A DNA stretch of 63,968 nt from a virus (taxonomy: Duplodnaviria > Caudoviricetes), in the IMG/VR virus record IMGVR_UViG_3300017707_001880, positions 1 to 63,968 of that record. The stretch is one strand, 5' to 3'. Below the pieces are notes generated by a model. It ran no database searches, was not told the origin of the DNA, and saw only the letters and a program-made list of their open reading frames with translations. Numbering within the stretch: position 1 is the stretch's first letter; each line of letters starts with the position of its first letter. Shown here one piece after another: positions 1-8,093 of this stretch. The translations under genes were made by a program, and so were the position numbers.

Positions 1-123
1 CGCTGATCCTCTCATGCTGCACATCTATGCGGCGATGGCAGAGCAGGAACGGCGGATGATATCGGCCAGGACCAAGGCCGCATTGGCAGCCAAAAAGGCT
101 GGTGGCGCGACCCTCGGCAATCC
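1..123. repeat. Terminal overlap, identical to 63846-63968 (circular contig)
   Basis: CGCTGATCCTCTCATG...CTCGGCAATCC occurs at both ends, and the recombinase ORF reads through the junction. Confidence 0.97.
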
Positions 124-328
124 CAACTTGGCAGCGGCCCGAGCCGTCCACCAGGAGCGGTCACAAGCCCGAGCCGCCGAGCACGCCGCCCTGATCGCCC
201 GACACATGCCCGCCGAGACCACCACGCACACCGCAGCAGCGCGGCATCTAAACGCCCGAGGGATCACCACCATCACAGGCCGACCGCTCACGCGCCGGAC
301 TATCGCGCATAGGTTGCGTGTCGGGTGA
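1..328 (+). CDS. Serine recombinase, C-terminal part (helix E and HTH-like tail)
   Basis: [37 protein letters not shown]...ARHLNARGITT. Confidence 0.9.
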   Translation, partial: ADPLMLHIYAAMAEQERRMISARTKAALAAKKAGGATLGNPNLAAARAVHQERSQARAAEHAALIARHMPAETTTHTAAARHLNARGITTITGRPLTRRTIAHRLRVG

Positions 329-635
329 CTTTCTCGCGGAACGGGACGGCAGGCCGGACGGGCACACTTGACCCGTCAAATCCCCACCATTCCCACCACT
401 CCGATATGCAATGTGTCTGGTCTGGCGTTGGTTCACCCTTAGCCAACCTTAGCTAATGTGAGTGCGTAGAATGTGCGTCCTGCGCCCTGAATTTGCACGG
501 TGGGGGATTGTGGTGGCTTCTACCATTCCGCCCTTTGGTTCTACCATTCTGGGAGCCGCGGCTTCTGGCTAGTCTGTCTAGAACTGCCAGGCTGCATTAT
601 TTGGGGAAAAACGACAAGCCACGCGTCTTTTTCGG

Positions 636-664
636 TTGACGTATAGGGATGGACGTTTTAGGGT
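636..664 (+). promoter_or_regulatory. Putative sigma70-type early promoter
   Basis: TTGACG-N17-TAGGGT upstream of the first early ORF. Confidence 0.6.
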
Positions 665-672
665 TTGTTTCA

Positions 673-700
673 CCGGCCGAGGGACACGACCCCGGGCCGG
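673..700 (+). promoter_or_regulatory. Hairpin with ACACGAC loop, copy 1
   Basis: CCGGCCGAGGG-ACACGAC-CCCGGGCCGG. Confidence 0.55.
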
Positions 701-718
701 GTAGATAGGGGACCGACC

Positions 719-955
719 ATGTTCAATGTGTACCGCGCGCCACTGCACCCCGCGCACGCTCATTCTCTGATTGGGTCTTACGACCTGCTTTCGGATGCGG
801 TGAAGCACCTGCACAACGTGGGGCTGTGTGTTCAGGAGGACGACGAGAACCCCGGCCACTTTGACGCCATTTCATCGTCGGGGCAGCTTTATTCCATTGT
901 TCCTGCGGATAGCGTGTGGACGCCTTCGCGTGTGGTTTCTCGGGTGGAGTTCTAA
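719..955 (+). CDS. Hypothetical early protein
   Basis: ATG after a GGGGA RBS; MFNVYRAPLH... Confidence 0.6.
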   Translation: MFNVYRAPLHPAHAHSLIGSYDLLSDAVKHLHNVGLCVQEDDENPGHFDAISSSGQLYSIVPADSVWTPSRVVSRVEF

Positions 956-958
956 CCG

Positions 959-1306
959 ATGGCCGATGTTCGGTACTTCAGCGGCGATGTTCGTCTTCAC
1001 CAGCTGCAGGAGATTGCGCGGGCGGAGTTCGAGGCGTTGTTTCCGGGTGCGGTTGCTGCGCGGTGGTCTCCTGGTATGCGGCTGATTGGCCTTCCCGAGG
1101 GCATGACGCAAGTATGGGACAGGGAGGCGGGCCGCTGGTCTCGTACGGGCTTCCTGCCGGCAGAACGTCAGGTGACGTTTAAGGCGCGGCCTTCGCTGCA
1201 CGAGTGCGACGCCCGCTGCATGAACGCTACGGGCCGCACCATGCAATGCGAGTGCTCATGCGGGGGCAAGAACCACGGGAAGGGCGCGCGGCTGACTTGT
1301 GGCTGA
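959..1306 (+). CDS. Hypothetical Cys-rich (Zn-binding) early protein
   Basis: HECDARCMNATGRTMQCECSCGGKNHG. Confidence 0.7.
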   Translation: MADVRYFSGDVRLHQLQEIARAEFEALFPGAVAARWSPGMRLIGLPEGMTQVWDREAGRWSRTGFLPAERQVTFKARPSLHECDARCMNATGRTMQCECSCGGKNHGKGARLTCG

Positions 1307-1358
1307 CCCTGACGGCATGGGCGTTGCGGCGCTCATGCAGCCTAGGCCAGTGCTTAGG

Positions 1359-1375
1359 ACGGGACACGACCCCGT
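1359..1375 (+). promoter_or_regulatory. Hairpin with ACACGAC loop, copy 2
   Basis: ACGGG-ACACGAC-CCCGT in an intergenic gap. Confidence 0.55.
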
Positions 1376-1395
1376 TGACCGACAGGAGGCATGTT

Positions 1396-1824
1396 ATGCC
1401 CGCACCGACGAACAGTGATGACGTGATTGACAGCCGCGACGTGATCGAGCGGATTGACGAGCTTGAGGACGAGCTACGCGACCTGGAGGACGCAGCCGAC
1501 GACGCCGCCGACGACAGTGTGCGGGTTGCCGAGATACTGGCCGAGGTTGAGGCATGGAAGACCGGAGAAGAAGGCCGGGAGCTTGCCGCGCTGCAAGCCC
1601 TCGCGGCCGAGGCATCCGACTACGCCGACGACTGGCAGCACGGGGCTACGCTGGTGCGGGAATCCTACTGGCCGACCTATGCTCGGGAGTTGGTGGAGGA
1701 CGTAGGCGACCTGCCACGCGGCATCCCGTCCTACATCGTGATCGACTGGGAGGCGACGGCCGACAACCTGAAGGTGGATTACACCGAGGTTGATTTCGAC
1801 GGCACGACCTATCTCGTACGCTGA
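1396..1824 (+). CDS. ArdA-like antirestriction (DNA-mimic) protein
   Basis: Very acidic; C-terminal YARELVEDVGDLPRGIPSYIVIDWEATADNLKVDY resembles the ArdA C-terminal domain; AGGAGG RBS. Confidence 0.7.
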   Translation: MPAPTNSDDVIDSRDVIERIDELEDELRDLEDAADDAADDSVRVAEILAEVEAWKTGEEGRELAALQALAAEASDYADDWQHGATLVRESYWPTYARELVEDVGDLPRGIPSYIVIDWEATADNLKVDYTEVDFDGTTYLVR

Positions 1825-1838
1825 CAGGGGGAACGACC

Positions 1839-2588
1839 ATGTTGACCAACACACAGCGGAACGCCTACCGCGCGCGGCGCTTGCATGGCCAGTCCGCTTT
1901 CGCGGCGCTGAAGGGCGCGAGGGACGGAAACGCCTACACCGTGCGCCCCTATACCTCGGGGCACATGGGGCGCAATGGCGACACCCGGATTCAGTACTGG
2001 GAGCATAAGGGCGAGGTGCCGCTTCGGTTCGTTGGATATGCCGATGAATTGGACCGCTCGATCCGTCACGATGGGTGGTATTCCGACGCGCATCAGGAGG
2101 CGACCTTGCGCGGCATGGTCTACCGCTTGCCGGCGCGTGACGGAGAGGATCGTTACCTGTCAGGGTATGAAGAATCCGACTCCGGTAGCGTTGTCCTGTA
2201 TCTCGACATTCAGACCGACGAGACCGACGCGGCGCGGTTTTCCGACCGCGTTGCGGAGCGGTTGGCCGATGACTCGCGGGAATATGCCGAGGCATGGGAG
2301 GCAGGGCAGGACGCCAGCAACGAGGTGAACGATGCGATGCGGGACCTGCGCCACGAGGTATCCCGGATCGTGCAAATTGCGCTTTTCCCGGACCGCGCCG
2401 GCCTGACCCTGGCAGACGATGCTTCAGCCGATCGCCAGTATCAGGAAGCCCGCGACAAGCTGGAGTCAGTCATTCGCGCGGCTCGTGATTCGCGGCCCAC
2501 CTACAGCGCGGGATTGCGCTCAGCGTGGTCCGAGGGTTTCGACGGGCCGCTTACACTCACCGCCATCGGCGGAGGAATCGCCCTATGA
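1839..2588 (+). CDS. Hypothetical early protein
   Basis: 249-aa ORF with RBS, in the operon. Confidence 0.75.
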   Translation: MLTNTQRNAYRARRLHGQSAFAALKGARDGNAYTVRPYTSGHMGRNGDTRIQYWEHKGEVPLRFVGYADELDRSIRHDGWYSDAHQEATLRGMVYRLPARDGEDRYLSGYEESDSGSVVLYLDIQTDETDAARFSDRVAERLADDSREYAEAWEAGQDASNEVNDAMRDLRHEVSRIVQIALFPDRAGLTLADDASADRQYQEARDKLESVIRAARDSRPTYSAGLRSAWSEGFDGPLTLTAIGGGIAL

Positions 2589-2977
2589 GCAAATCAGACC
2601 CGAAGCGGGCGGCCGAGCTTGGCGCGTTGCTGGCGCGGCATTACCCCGAGGCTTCCATTCATTGCGTGGGGCTGGCGGTTCGCGAGATGCAGGGCGCGGC
2701 GCGCACTGCGGTAGCGTGGGAGGTGAAGCGTTGCAACGTGCCCATGTCCGAGGTTCAGGAGATCGCAGGCAGCACGCGCTTGGTTCGGCTTCAGCAGCGG
2801 ATTAACACCATCCTGGCCTATGCGCCGCTGCACCTCATGCCGGCCGAGTCTGGCGCGGTGGCGCACGACAACCCGGCTTGGATTAAGCTGGGCGGCGACC
2901 CTCGCGGGGCTTGTGCGCGGCTGATAGTGCCGGGGCTGGACGGCGACGGCCTCGGCGACGGCTTCGCGATCTACTGA
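2585..2977 (+). CDS. Hypothetical early protein
   Basis: ATGA overlap; GDPRG motif. Confidence 0.7.
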   Translation: MSKSDPKRAAELGALLARHYPEASIHCVGLAVREMQGAARTAVAWEVKRCNVPMSEVQEIAGSTRLVRLQQRINTILAYAPLHLMPAESGAVAHDNPAWIKLGGDPRGACARLIVPGLDGDGLGDGFAIY

Positions 2978-2988
2978 GGGAGGCGACA

Positions 2989-3153
2989 ATGACCGACCGC
3001 ATGACCATAGAAACCCTGCGCGAGATCGCCCGCCAGAGCGGCCTGCGCCACGCTGAATTCTGCCTTGAGCAGGAGGCGAGCCGGATCGGGGAAAGCGAAG
3101 TTGAACACCTGCGAGCCGAGCTTTCCCGGCTTGTGCAACGGGCTTGGGGCTGA
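2989..3153 (+). CDS. Small hypothetical protein
   Basis: GGAGG RBS; MTDRMTIETLREIAR. Confidence 0.55.
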   Translation: MTDRMTIETLREIARQSGLRHAEFCLEQEASRIGESEVEHLRAELSRLVQRAWG

Positions 3154-3156
3154 CCA

Positions 3157-3309
3157 ATGACCGAGGAACAGATTGAACGACAGGTTGAGCGCATGACCGA
3201 CGCGCTTGACCGCCGGTATGTGGGCGACATGACGGACGAGCAGTACGCCGCCGAGTGCCGCAGGATCGACACATGGGCGCGTGACGCGCTGGCGAAGCGG
3301 GGAGGCTGA
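3157..3309 (+). CDS. Small hypothetical protein (not in ORF track)
   Basis: MTEEQIERQVERMTDALDRRYVGDMTDEQYAAECRRIDTWA. Confidence 0.6.
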   Translation: MTEEQIERQVERMTDALDRRYVGDMTDEQYAAECRRIDTWARDALAKRGG

Positions 3310-3460
3310 CATGGGCACGACGCAACACGCGCCCGACGACACGCAGGACGAGACATATACGCCGGATTGGGCCGGCCAGTTCGTGCGGTGGGATTTCTGG
3401 CCGCCCAAGCACAGCGCCGACCCGCGCGCCTGATCCAACCAGCACAGAAGGAGCCCACGA

Positions 3461-3787
3461 ATGCTTGCCATCACCGACCGACCGACCGAGCGCACCGTCA
3501 CCTTGCCCATGCGGGCGGTCATTGCCGAGTGCCATGCGCCCGGCCCCATTCAGCCCGCGCGCGCCGCATGGTTCCACACGCGCTTGCGTGACGGGATCAC
3601 GATTTGCGACTCCGACGCTCGCCAGCTTGAGCAGTGGGAAGGCGCGACCGAGCGCCAGCTTCGCCCGTCCCCCGGCTTTGATTACGCGGCGGCGCGTGAG
3701 CGCCTGAAGTCACGGCGGGCGGCGTATCACGCGGCGGCTGCGAGCCTGGACGCAAAGCCGAGGTTTATCCCCGAGCGGGAGGCGTAG
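3461..3787 (+). CDS. Hypothetical early protein
   Basis: AAGGAG RBS; 108 aa. Confidence 0.65.
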   Translation: MLAITDRPTERTVTLPMRAVIAECHAPGPIQPARAAWFHTRLRDGITICDSDARQLEQWEGATERQLRPSPGFDYAAARERLKSRRAAYHAAAASLDAKPRFIPEREA

Positions 3788-3791
3788 GACC

Positions 3792-4169
3792 ATGGACGAC
3801 CTCACCAAGACGCTGATCGAGGCGTTGCAGAGGATCTACAATGGCAGCACGGTCACGGGCCGCTGGCTGGAACGGAGCGAAGGCTACGCAGGGGAGGAAG
3901 TCGGGCAAGACCCCGCCGCCCCGGTTATGGGCTTCTACGACTGGAGCAAGCCGCCGCCCGGCTACAACGCGGAGGGATGGAACGGCGAGGGAGACGAGCC
4001 GCCCGGCGCACTGATCCCGGCCGAGTGGGAAGCCTACAACGGCGAAGACCAAGACGGGTGGATTGCCTCGGTCGCGGATTACGCCAGGACTGCGCTCATT
4101 GCCGCAGGGATCGACCCGGACAAGGAACCGGAGCCGCCCCTTGGCTCCATGATGGGATGCGCATCATGA
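3792..4169 (+). CDS. Hypothetical acidic early protein
   Basis: RBS, coupled to neighbours. Confidence 0.65.
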   Translation: MDDLTKTLIEALQRIYNGSTVTGRWLERSEGYAGEEVGQDPAAPVMGFYDWSKPPPGYNAEGWNGEGDEPPGALIPAEWEAYNGEDQDGWIASVADYARTALIAAGIDPDKEPEPPLGSMMGCAS

Positions 4170-4651
4170 ACCACTATCGCGTGGCCATGACCGTGACCAA
4201 CGTCGAGGACTTCTATCACGTCGCGGAGGCGGTGGACGACGAGACCGCCAGGCGCTTTGCCAAGGAGGCGGCCGAGCGCGAGCACCCCAACGCCTTCGAC
4301 GTGAAGGTGGAATACACCGAGCTTCTGCCGCCCGAGCGGGAGGCGAAGCCGGGAGTCACCCCCGACCTGATGGCGCACATGCTGAAGGCTGCAAGCCTTG
4401 GGCTGGTGACCATCAACCCGAAGCCGACCGTCTACCTGTCATCGGCTGGCGTTATGGCTATGAAGCACGCGCAGGTTGCGGCGGCGTTCGATGAACTCAC
4501 CAAGGCCCGGGACATCATCGCGGGACTGCTGGATGCGGCCGAGCATGGGGCCATGGACCTGAGCCAGACCGACGAACAGGCCGGGGCCAAGGCCTGCACC
4601 ACGATCGAAGCCGCCCGCGCCTTCCTGGCCACCAAGGAGCCGACGACATGA
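4166..4651 (+). CDS. Hypothetical early protein
   Basis: ATGA overlaps on both sides. Confidence 0.65.
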   Translation: MNHYRVAMTVTNVEDFYHVAEAVDDETARRFAKEAAEREHPNAFDVKVEYTELLPPEREAKPGVTPDLMAHMLKAASLGLVTINPKPTVYLSSAGVMAMKHAQVAAAFDELTKARDIIAGLLDAAEHGAMDLSQTDEQAGAKACTTIEAARAFLATKEPTT

Positions 4652-4830
4652 CCACCCACGCGGAGCGCACCGCGGCGGCCCTCGCGGCATACGAGGCGGC
4701 GGAAGGCGTCTGGGTTGACGCCGTGGTGAACGGCAGGCCGGCGGGACGTTTGCAGCGGAATGCGGACCGCCTGGCACGCGCATGGGCGGAACTGGACAGC
4801 ACGACACCGGAGAAGGAGCGTGCGATATGA
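4648..4830 (+). CDS. Small hypothetical protein
   Basis: ATGA overlap with AAGGAG RBS. Confidence 0.55.
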   Translation: MTTHAERTAAALAAYEAAEGVWVDAVVNGRPAGRLQRNADRLARAWAELDSTTPEKERAI

Positions 4831-5240
4831 GGCTCGGTGCGAACGCTCGCCGCATCAAGGGGGCGCAAGAAAGCCTGCGTTACGCGCGCGAGAAATGGGC
4901 AAGCGCACTTGTGGACGGCTGGGCCGGTCCCGGAGAAGTGGCCGCTATGGAGCGCACGATTGAACATTGGATGCGTGTTTGCGCAGAGTTGGAGCGCACG
5001 ACACCGGACAAGAGGGAATGGCCGATTGAAAGTCGTAACTGCGGAACGTGCCGGTTCTGGAGAAGGCGCAAGCATGGCGGAGACGGGCGCTGCGCGTTCC
5101 TGGACGGCAAGCCGTTGCCGTGGTGGCATGTCGGGATGACGGGGGCGGTCACATGGCCGGACGATCGCAGGGGCGACAACTGCCCGGCATGGGATTTGCG
5201 GCGCGTCCTTGGCCGCACCTCACAACCCATCGTGCCTTGA
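4827..5240 (+). CDS. Hypothetical protein with CxxCxxW...C...C Zn/Fe-binding motif
   Basis: NCGTCRFW...GRC...NCPAW. Confidence 0.6.
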   Translation: MRLGANARRIKGAQESLRYAREKWASALVDGWAGPGEVAAMERTIEHWMRVCAELERTTPDKREWPIESRNCGTCRFWRRRKHGGDGRCAFLDGKPLPWWHVGMTGAVTWPDDRRGDNCPAWDLRRVLGRTSQPIVP

Positions 5241-5268
5241 CGGTGCGGGCGGTGCGCCCCCCCCACAG

Positions 5269-5285
5269 CCTGGACACGACCCAGG
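5269..5285 (+). promoter_or_regulatory. Hairpin with ACACGAC loop, copy 3
   Basis: CCTGG-ACACGAC-CCAGG in an intergenic gap. Confidence 0.55.
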
Positions 5286-5305
5286 AACACAACAGGAGGC
5301 TACTT

Positions 5306-5518
5306 ATGCAACGCACACAGCCCGCCGCGCCCCGCTTCCCCGACATCGCGCCCAACGCCTTGGCACAGCACCTGGCGGGCCTACCCGAGGACGCCTTGGC
5401 CGTCCTGACCGTCGCGGTTGACCGCAGGGCCGACCGCCGGCGCCAGGACCGCGCCAGATCCATCATGACCCGCGCCCTGGTGCATTGCATGACCAGCACG
5501 ACAAAGCGGGAGGCGTAG
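5306..5518 (+). CDS. Small hypothetical protein
   Basis: AGGAGG RBS; MQRTQPAAPRFPDI. Confidence 0.6.
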   Translation: MQRTQPAAPRFPDIAPNALAQHLAGLPEDALAVLTVAVDRRADRRRQDRARSIMTRALVHCMTSTTKREA

Positions 5519-5521
5519 GAG

Positions 5522-5692
5522 ATGGCTGAAGATTGCATCCTGCAAGACTACACCCCCGCGCTGGGTGCCCGAGCCGAGCACCTGCGCTGCTGGTTTCTGT
5601 CCGGCGATTGCGTGCCCTCGCACCAGTGCGACGAGCGGCGCCGGTTGAGCGCGGACGAGATCGCGTTGCGGGAACAGGAGGACGCGGCATGA
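5522..5692 (+). CDS. Small hypothetical protein (not in ORF track)
   Basis: MAEDCILQDYTPAL...EQEDAA; ATGA overlap with the next gene. Confidence 0.45.
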   Translation: MAEDCILQDYTPALGARAEHLRCWFLSGDCVPSHQCDERRRLSADEIALREQEDAA

Positions 5693-6009
5693 TCCTCTAC
5701 TACCTGCGCCCGGACGGCGCCTTCATCGCGGGCGACACAAAGCGCCACGTGACCGCCTACGCCTACCCGAACAGCCCGCACGCCGTAGAGGCGAGGGCCA
5801 GGCCGGCGATCGTGGCCGAGCGCATGATCGTCAGCGAGGTAGACCGGGTGAACCTGCCGGCGGCCCGGCGGGCGATCGCCATGCTGCAGGACGCCGAGCG
5901 GATGCACGAACTGGACGTGCATGGCACCGACACCGCCAATCGGTCGCGTCCCTCGCCGCGGGCCTTCATCCCGCCCGCGACCTACCGAGAGAGGGAGAAA
6001 AAAGTATGA
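5689..6009 (+). CDS. Hypothetical early protein
   Basis: AGGAGG RBS; MILYYLRPDGAFIAGD. Confidence 0.65.
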   Translation: MILYYLRPDGAFIAGDTKRHVTAYAYPNSPHAVEARARPAIVAERMIVSEVDRVNLPAARRAIAMLQDAERMHELDVHGTDTANRSRPSPRAFIPPATYREREKKV

Positions 6010-6338
6010 ACGAGGAAGCCATGAACCTCATCGAAGTGACCCGCCTGCCGCCCGACACGAGCGCAACGGCGGAGGAACACCGCATCGGCTTCGAGGCCGG
6101 CTGGCGGTTGGCCATGGACCGAGTGCTTAGGGAACTGGCGAGCGCGCTGATTTGCACCCCTCGGTGGGACGGCCGGGAACTGATGATCGGAGATATCGTG
6201 GTGGGGCGCATTCGCAAGATGGAATACGGGTTCAGCGGCGCCCTGTTCAATGGCACCAGCATCGACCGCCACTTGATCGAGGAAGAAGCGCGGGTGGCCC
6301 TGCAAGAGGCTCTGATTGAGATGGGAGACGAATCGTGA
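6006..6338 (+). CDS. Hypothetical protein
   Basis: Coupled ORF. Confidence 0.6.
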   Translation: MNEEAMNLIEVTRLPPDTSATAEEHRIGFEAGWRLAMDRVLRELASALICTPRWDGRELMIGDIVVGRIRKMEYGFSGALFNGTSIDRHLIEEEARVALQEALIEMGDES

Positions 6339-6637
6339 CCATCCCGTTCTCCGTCCTGTACGCGTGGGAAATCCCCGACCCCACGCCAGAGACCGGCCGG
6401 TGGCGGCTGGCACGCGGAACGCCCGGGAGCCACCTCACGCGGTTCGTCACCTCCGCCGACAAGGGGCGCGTCCTGCACTTCAGCAACCTGGAGGCGCTTG
6501 AACGCTTCCTCAACAAGGCAAGGGACTTGCCAAAACAGGCCACGCTATGGCCAAAAGGGCAACGCACGGCGCCCTCCCAGGCGGATGATGTAGCGGGAGG
6601 CGTAGCGCACCGAGACCCGAGCGACGAGGACGAGTAG
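6335..6637 (+). CDS. Hypothetical protein
   Basis: GTGA overlap. Confidence 0.55.
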   Translation: MTIPFSVLYAWEIPDPTPETGRWRLARGTPGSHLTRFVTSADKGRVLHFSNLEALERFLNKARDLPKQATLWPKGQRTAPSQADDVAGGVAHRDPSDEDE

Positions 6638-6644
6638 GAACCCC

Positions 6645-6980
6645 ATGAGCAGCCAGGACGACACCGAGGACGGCATTCCGGTCATGACCAAAGCCGATTT
6701 CAAAGAGCGGCTGTGGGCCTTGGGCATGCGACGGGCAAACTTCTGCCGGGCAACCATGATTACCCGGCAGGCCGCCCTGGAATGGGGCAAGAGCCGGGGC
6801 TTCCCTGGGTGGGTGCATTCCTGGCTGATCCTGGCCGAGCAGTCCCCGGAGGTGGCCAGAATGCTGGGGGCGCTGCACATGCCCGAGCAGATGCCGGTCA
6901 TGAAGCCACCGCCGACGCCGCCCAAGAGAAGGCGTCGGGCGCAGGTGCGAGCGGAGATCAAGACCAGCAAGGGGCAGTGA
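6645..6980 (+). CDS. Putative HTH (XRE-like) DNA-binding protein
   Basis: MTKADFKERLWALGMRRANFCRATMITRQAALEWG...FPGWV. Confidence 0.55.
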   Translation: MSSQDDTEDGIPVMTKADFKERLWALGMRRANFCRATMITRQAALEWGKSRGFPGWVHSWLILAEQSPEVARMLGALHMPEQMPVMKPPPTPPKRRRRAQVRAEIKTSKGQ

Positions 6981-7006
6981 AAGGGAGGGGGAAACCCCTC
7001 CCTTTC
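6979..7006. terminator. Bidirectional hairpin terminator between convergent operons
   Basis: GAAAGGGAGGGG-GAAA-CCCCTCCCTTTC, a perfect 12-bp stem. Confidence 0.8.
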
Positions 7007-7009
7007 TCG

Positions 7010-7483
7010 TTACCCCAACTGCCGTAGCTTGAACTCAGCAGCGGGGCCTTCCCGCCGCGGCGACGGGTTGAACACCGCCCCGTAGTGCTCAGGGCACCAG
7101 GACTGGCCCTGTAGCGACGGCGCATCACAGAATCGATACTCGCGGGGCCGCTCCTTGTGCCCCCATAGCGGCCAGCAGCAGGTGGGGCTGGCACCCACGC
7201 GCGGGGGAGGCGAGCGCACCGGCGCCGGGGGCTTGGGCACTGTGCGCCATGTCTTCGCACCCCGCTCGGCTGGAGGCGTGGGCAGGGGCGGCACAACCTC
7301 GCCGTTCCACGTTGCCTTGACCGAGCCCGAGGGCTTGAACCGACTCTCGATGCCGAGACGCTGCGCCTTGCCGATGACGGCGTTCTTCACCAGCCCCATG
7401 CGCCGTGCGGTTTCCCCAAACGAGCATCCGTCCGCCACGTGCTGGCGCATGGTTTCAATCAACTCGTGCGTCCACTCAACCAA
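7010..7483 (-). CDS. gcrA: GcrA cell-cycle regulator homolog
   Basis: N-terminal WTHELIETMR...GLVKNAVIGKAQRLG; C-terminal CCWPLWG...FCDAP...SWCPEHY. Confidence 0.88.
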   Translation of the reverse strand: MVEWTHELIETMRQHVADGCSFGETARRMGLVKNAVIGKAQRLGIESRFKPSGSVKATWNGEVVPPLPTPPAERGAKTWRTVPKPPAPVRSPPPRVGASPTCCWPLWGHKERPREYRFCDAPSLQGQSWCPEHYGAVFNPSPRREGPAAEFKLRQLG

Positions 7484-8093
7484 GGACCGGCCCTCCCTCT
7501 GCCTTCTGCCTTGCCTGCCATTCCGCGATCCAGGACGGCGGCAGCAGCCCCAGGTGCTGGGGGGCGAACTTGCCGATACAGGCGGTCATGGAGGCTGCCA
7601 GATGCAGTTCCAGGGCTGCGATGACCGGCAGCCCGCCGGGCGGGGGATCTGGCGCGAAGATGCCGTCCCGTTCCGAGGGTGCGAGCGCGGCCCAGGCAAG
7701 CCGGCGCTGGAACACGGACACCTTCTCCCTGATCCCCGCGGCATCCTCCCACTCGGCCGCCATCTGGTCGTGCGTGGGGACAGGCGACGCATGCGCCTTC
7801 CGCCAGTCCTCGGGTGATTCCAGGGCCGGCGGCCGGGGGCGCGTCTTCACCGCCCACGCATCCAGCACGCCGATCAGCGCCTTGGCGTTGGGGATGCCGG
7901 TGGAGGCTACGGCAGCATCCCGCAGCGTCTGGTCGTTGAAGGCGTCGTCCGCGAAGTGGGCGAGCAGCGGGAGCATCTTCACCAGCTTCTCGACGGTCTT
8001 CTCGCTTTCGCCAGGCCGCACGGCCACGGCAAGGGAGGACAGCCACACCCGGCGGCGCGTGTCTCCGCCCAGGCCGTCGAACATCTCGCTCAT
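7476..8093 (-). CDS. Hypothetical protein, possibly helicase loader/inhibitor-like
   Basis: Helical ORF two genes downstream of the initiator-like domain; function inferred from context only. Confidence 0.55.
   Translation of the reverse strand: MSEMFDGLGGDTRRRVWLSSLAVAVRPGESEKTVEKLVKMLPLLAHFADDAFNDQTLRDAAVASTGIPNAKALIGVLDAWAVKTRPRPPALESPEDWRKAHASPVPTHDQMAAEWEDAAGIREKVSVFQRRLAWAALAPSERDGIFAPDPPPGGLPVIAALELHLAASMTACIGKFAPQHLGLLPPSWIAEWQARQKAEGGPVLG

Noticed and set aside
1-123. Biological direct terminal repeat
   Set aside because: It falls mid-gene in the recombinase and is best explained as assembler overlap of a circular or permuted genome
437-456. CtrA box
   Set aside because: TTAG-N6-TTAG does not match TTAA-N7-TTAA
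4785-5015. Shared AEL(D/E)xTTP(E/D)K ending in two adjacent ORFs
   Set aside because: Probably a small local duplication; too short to support a function
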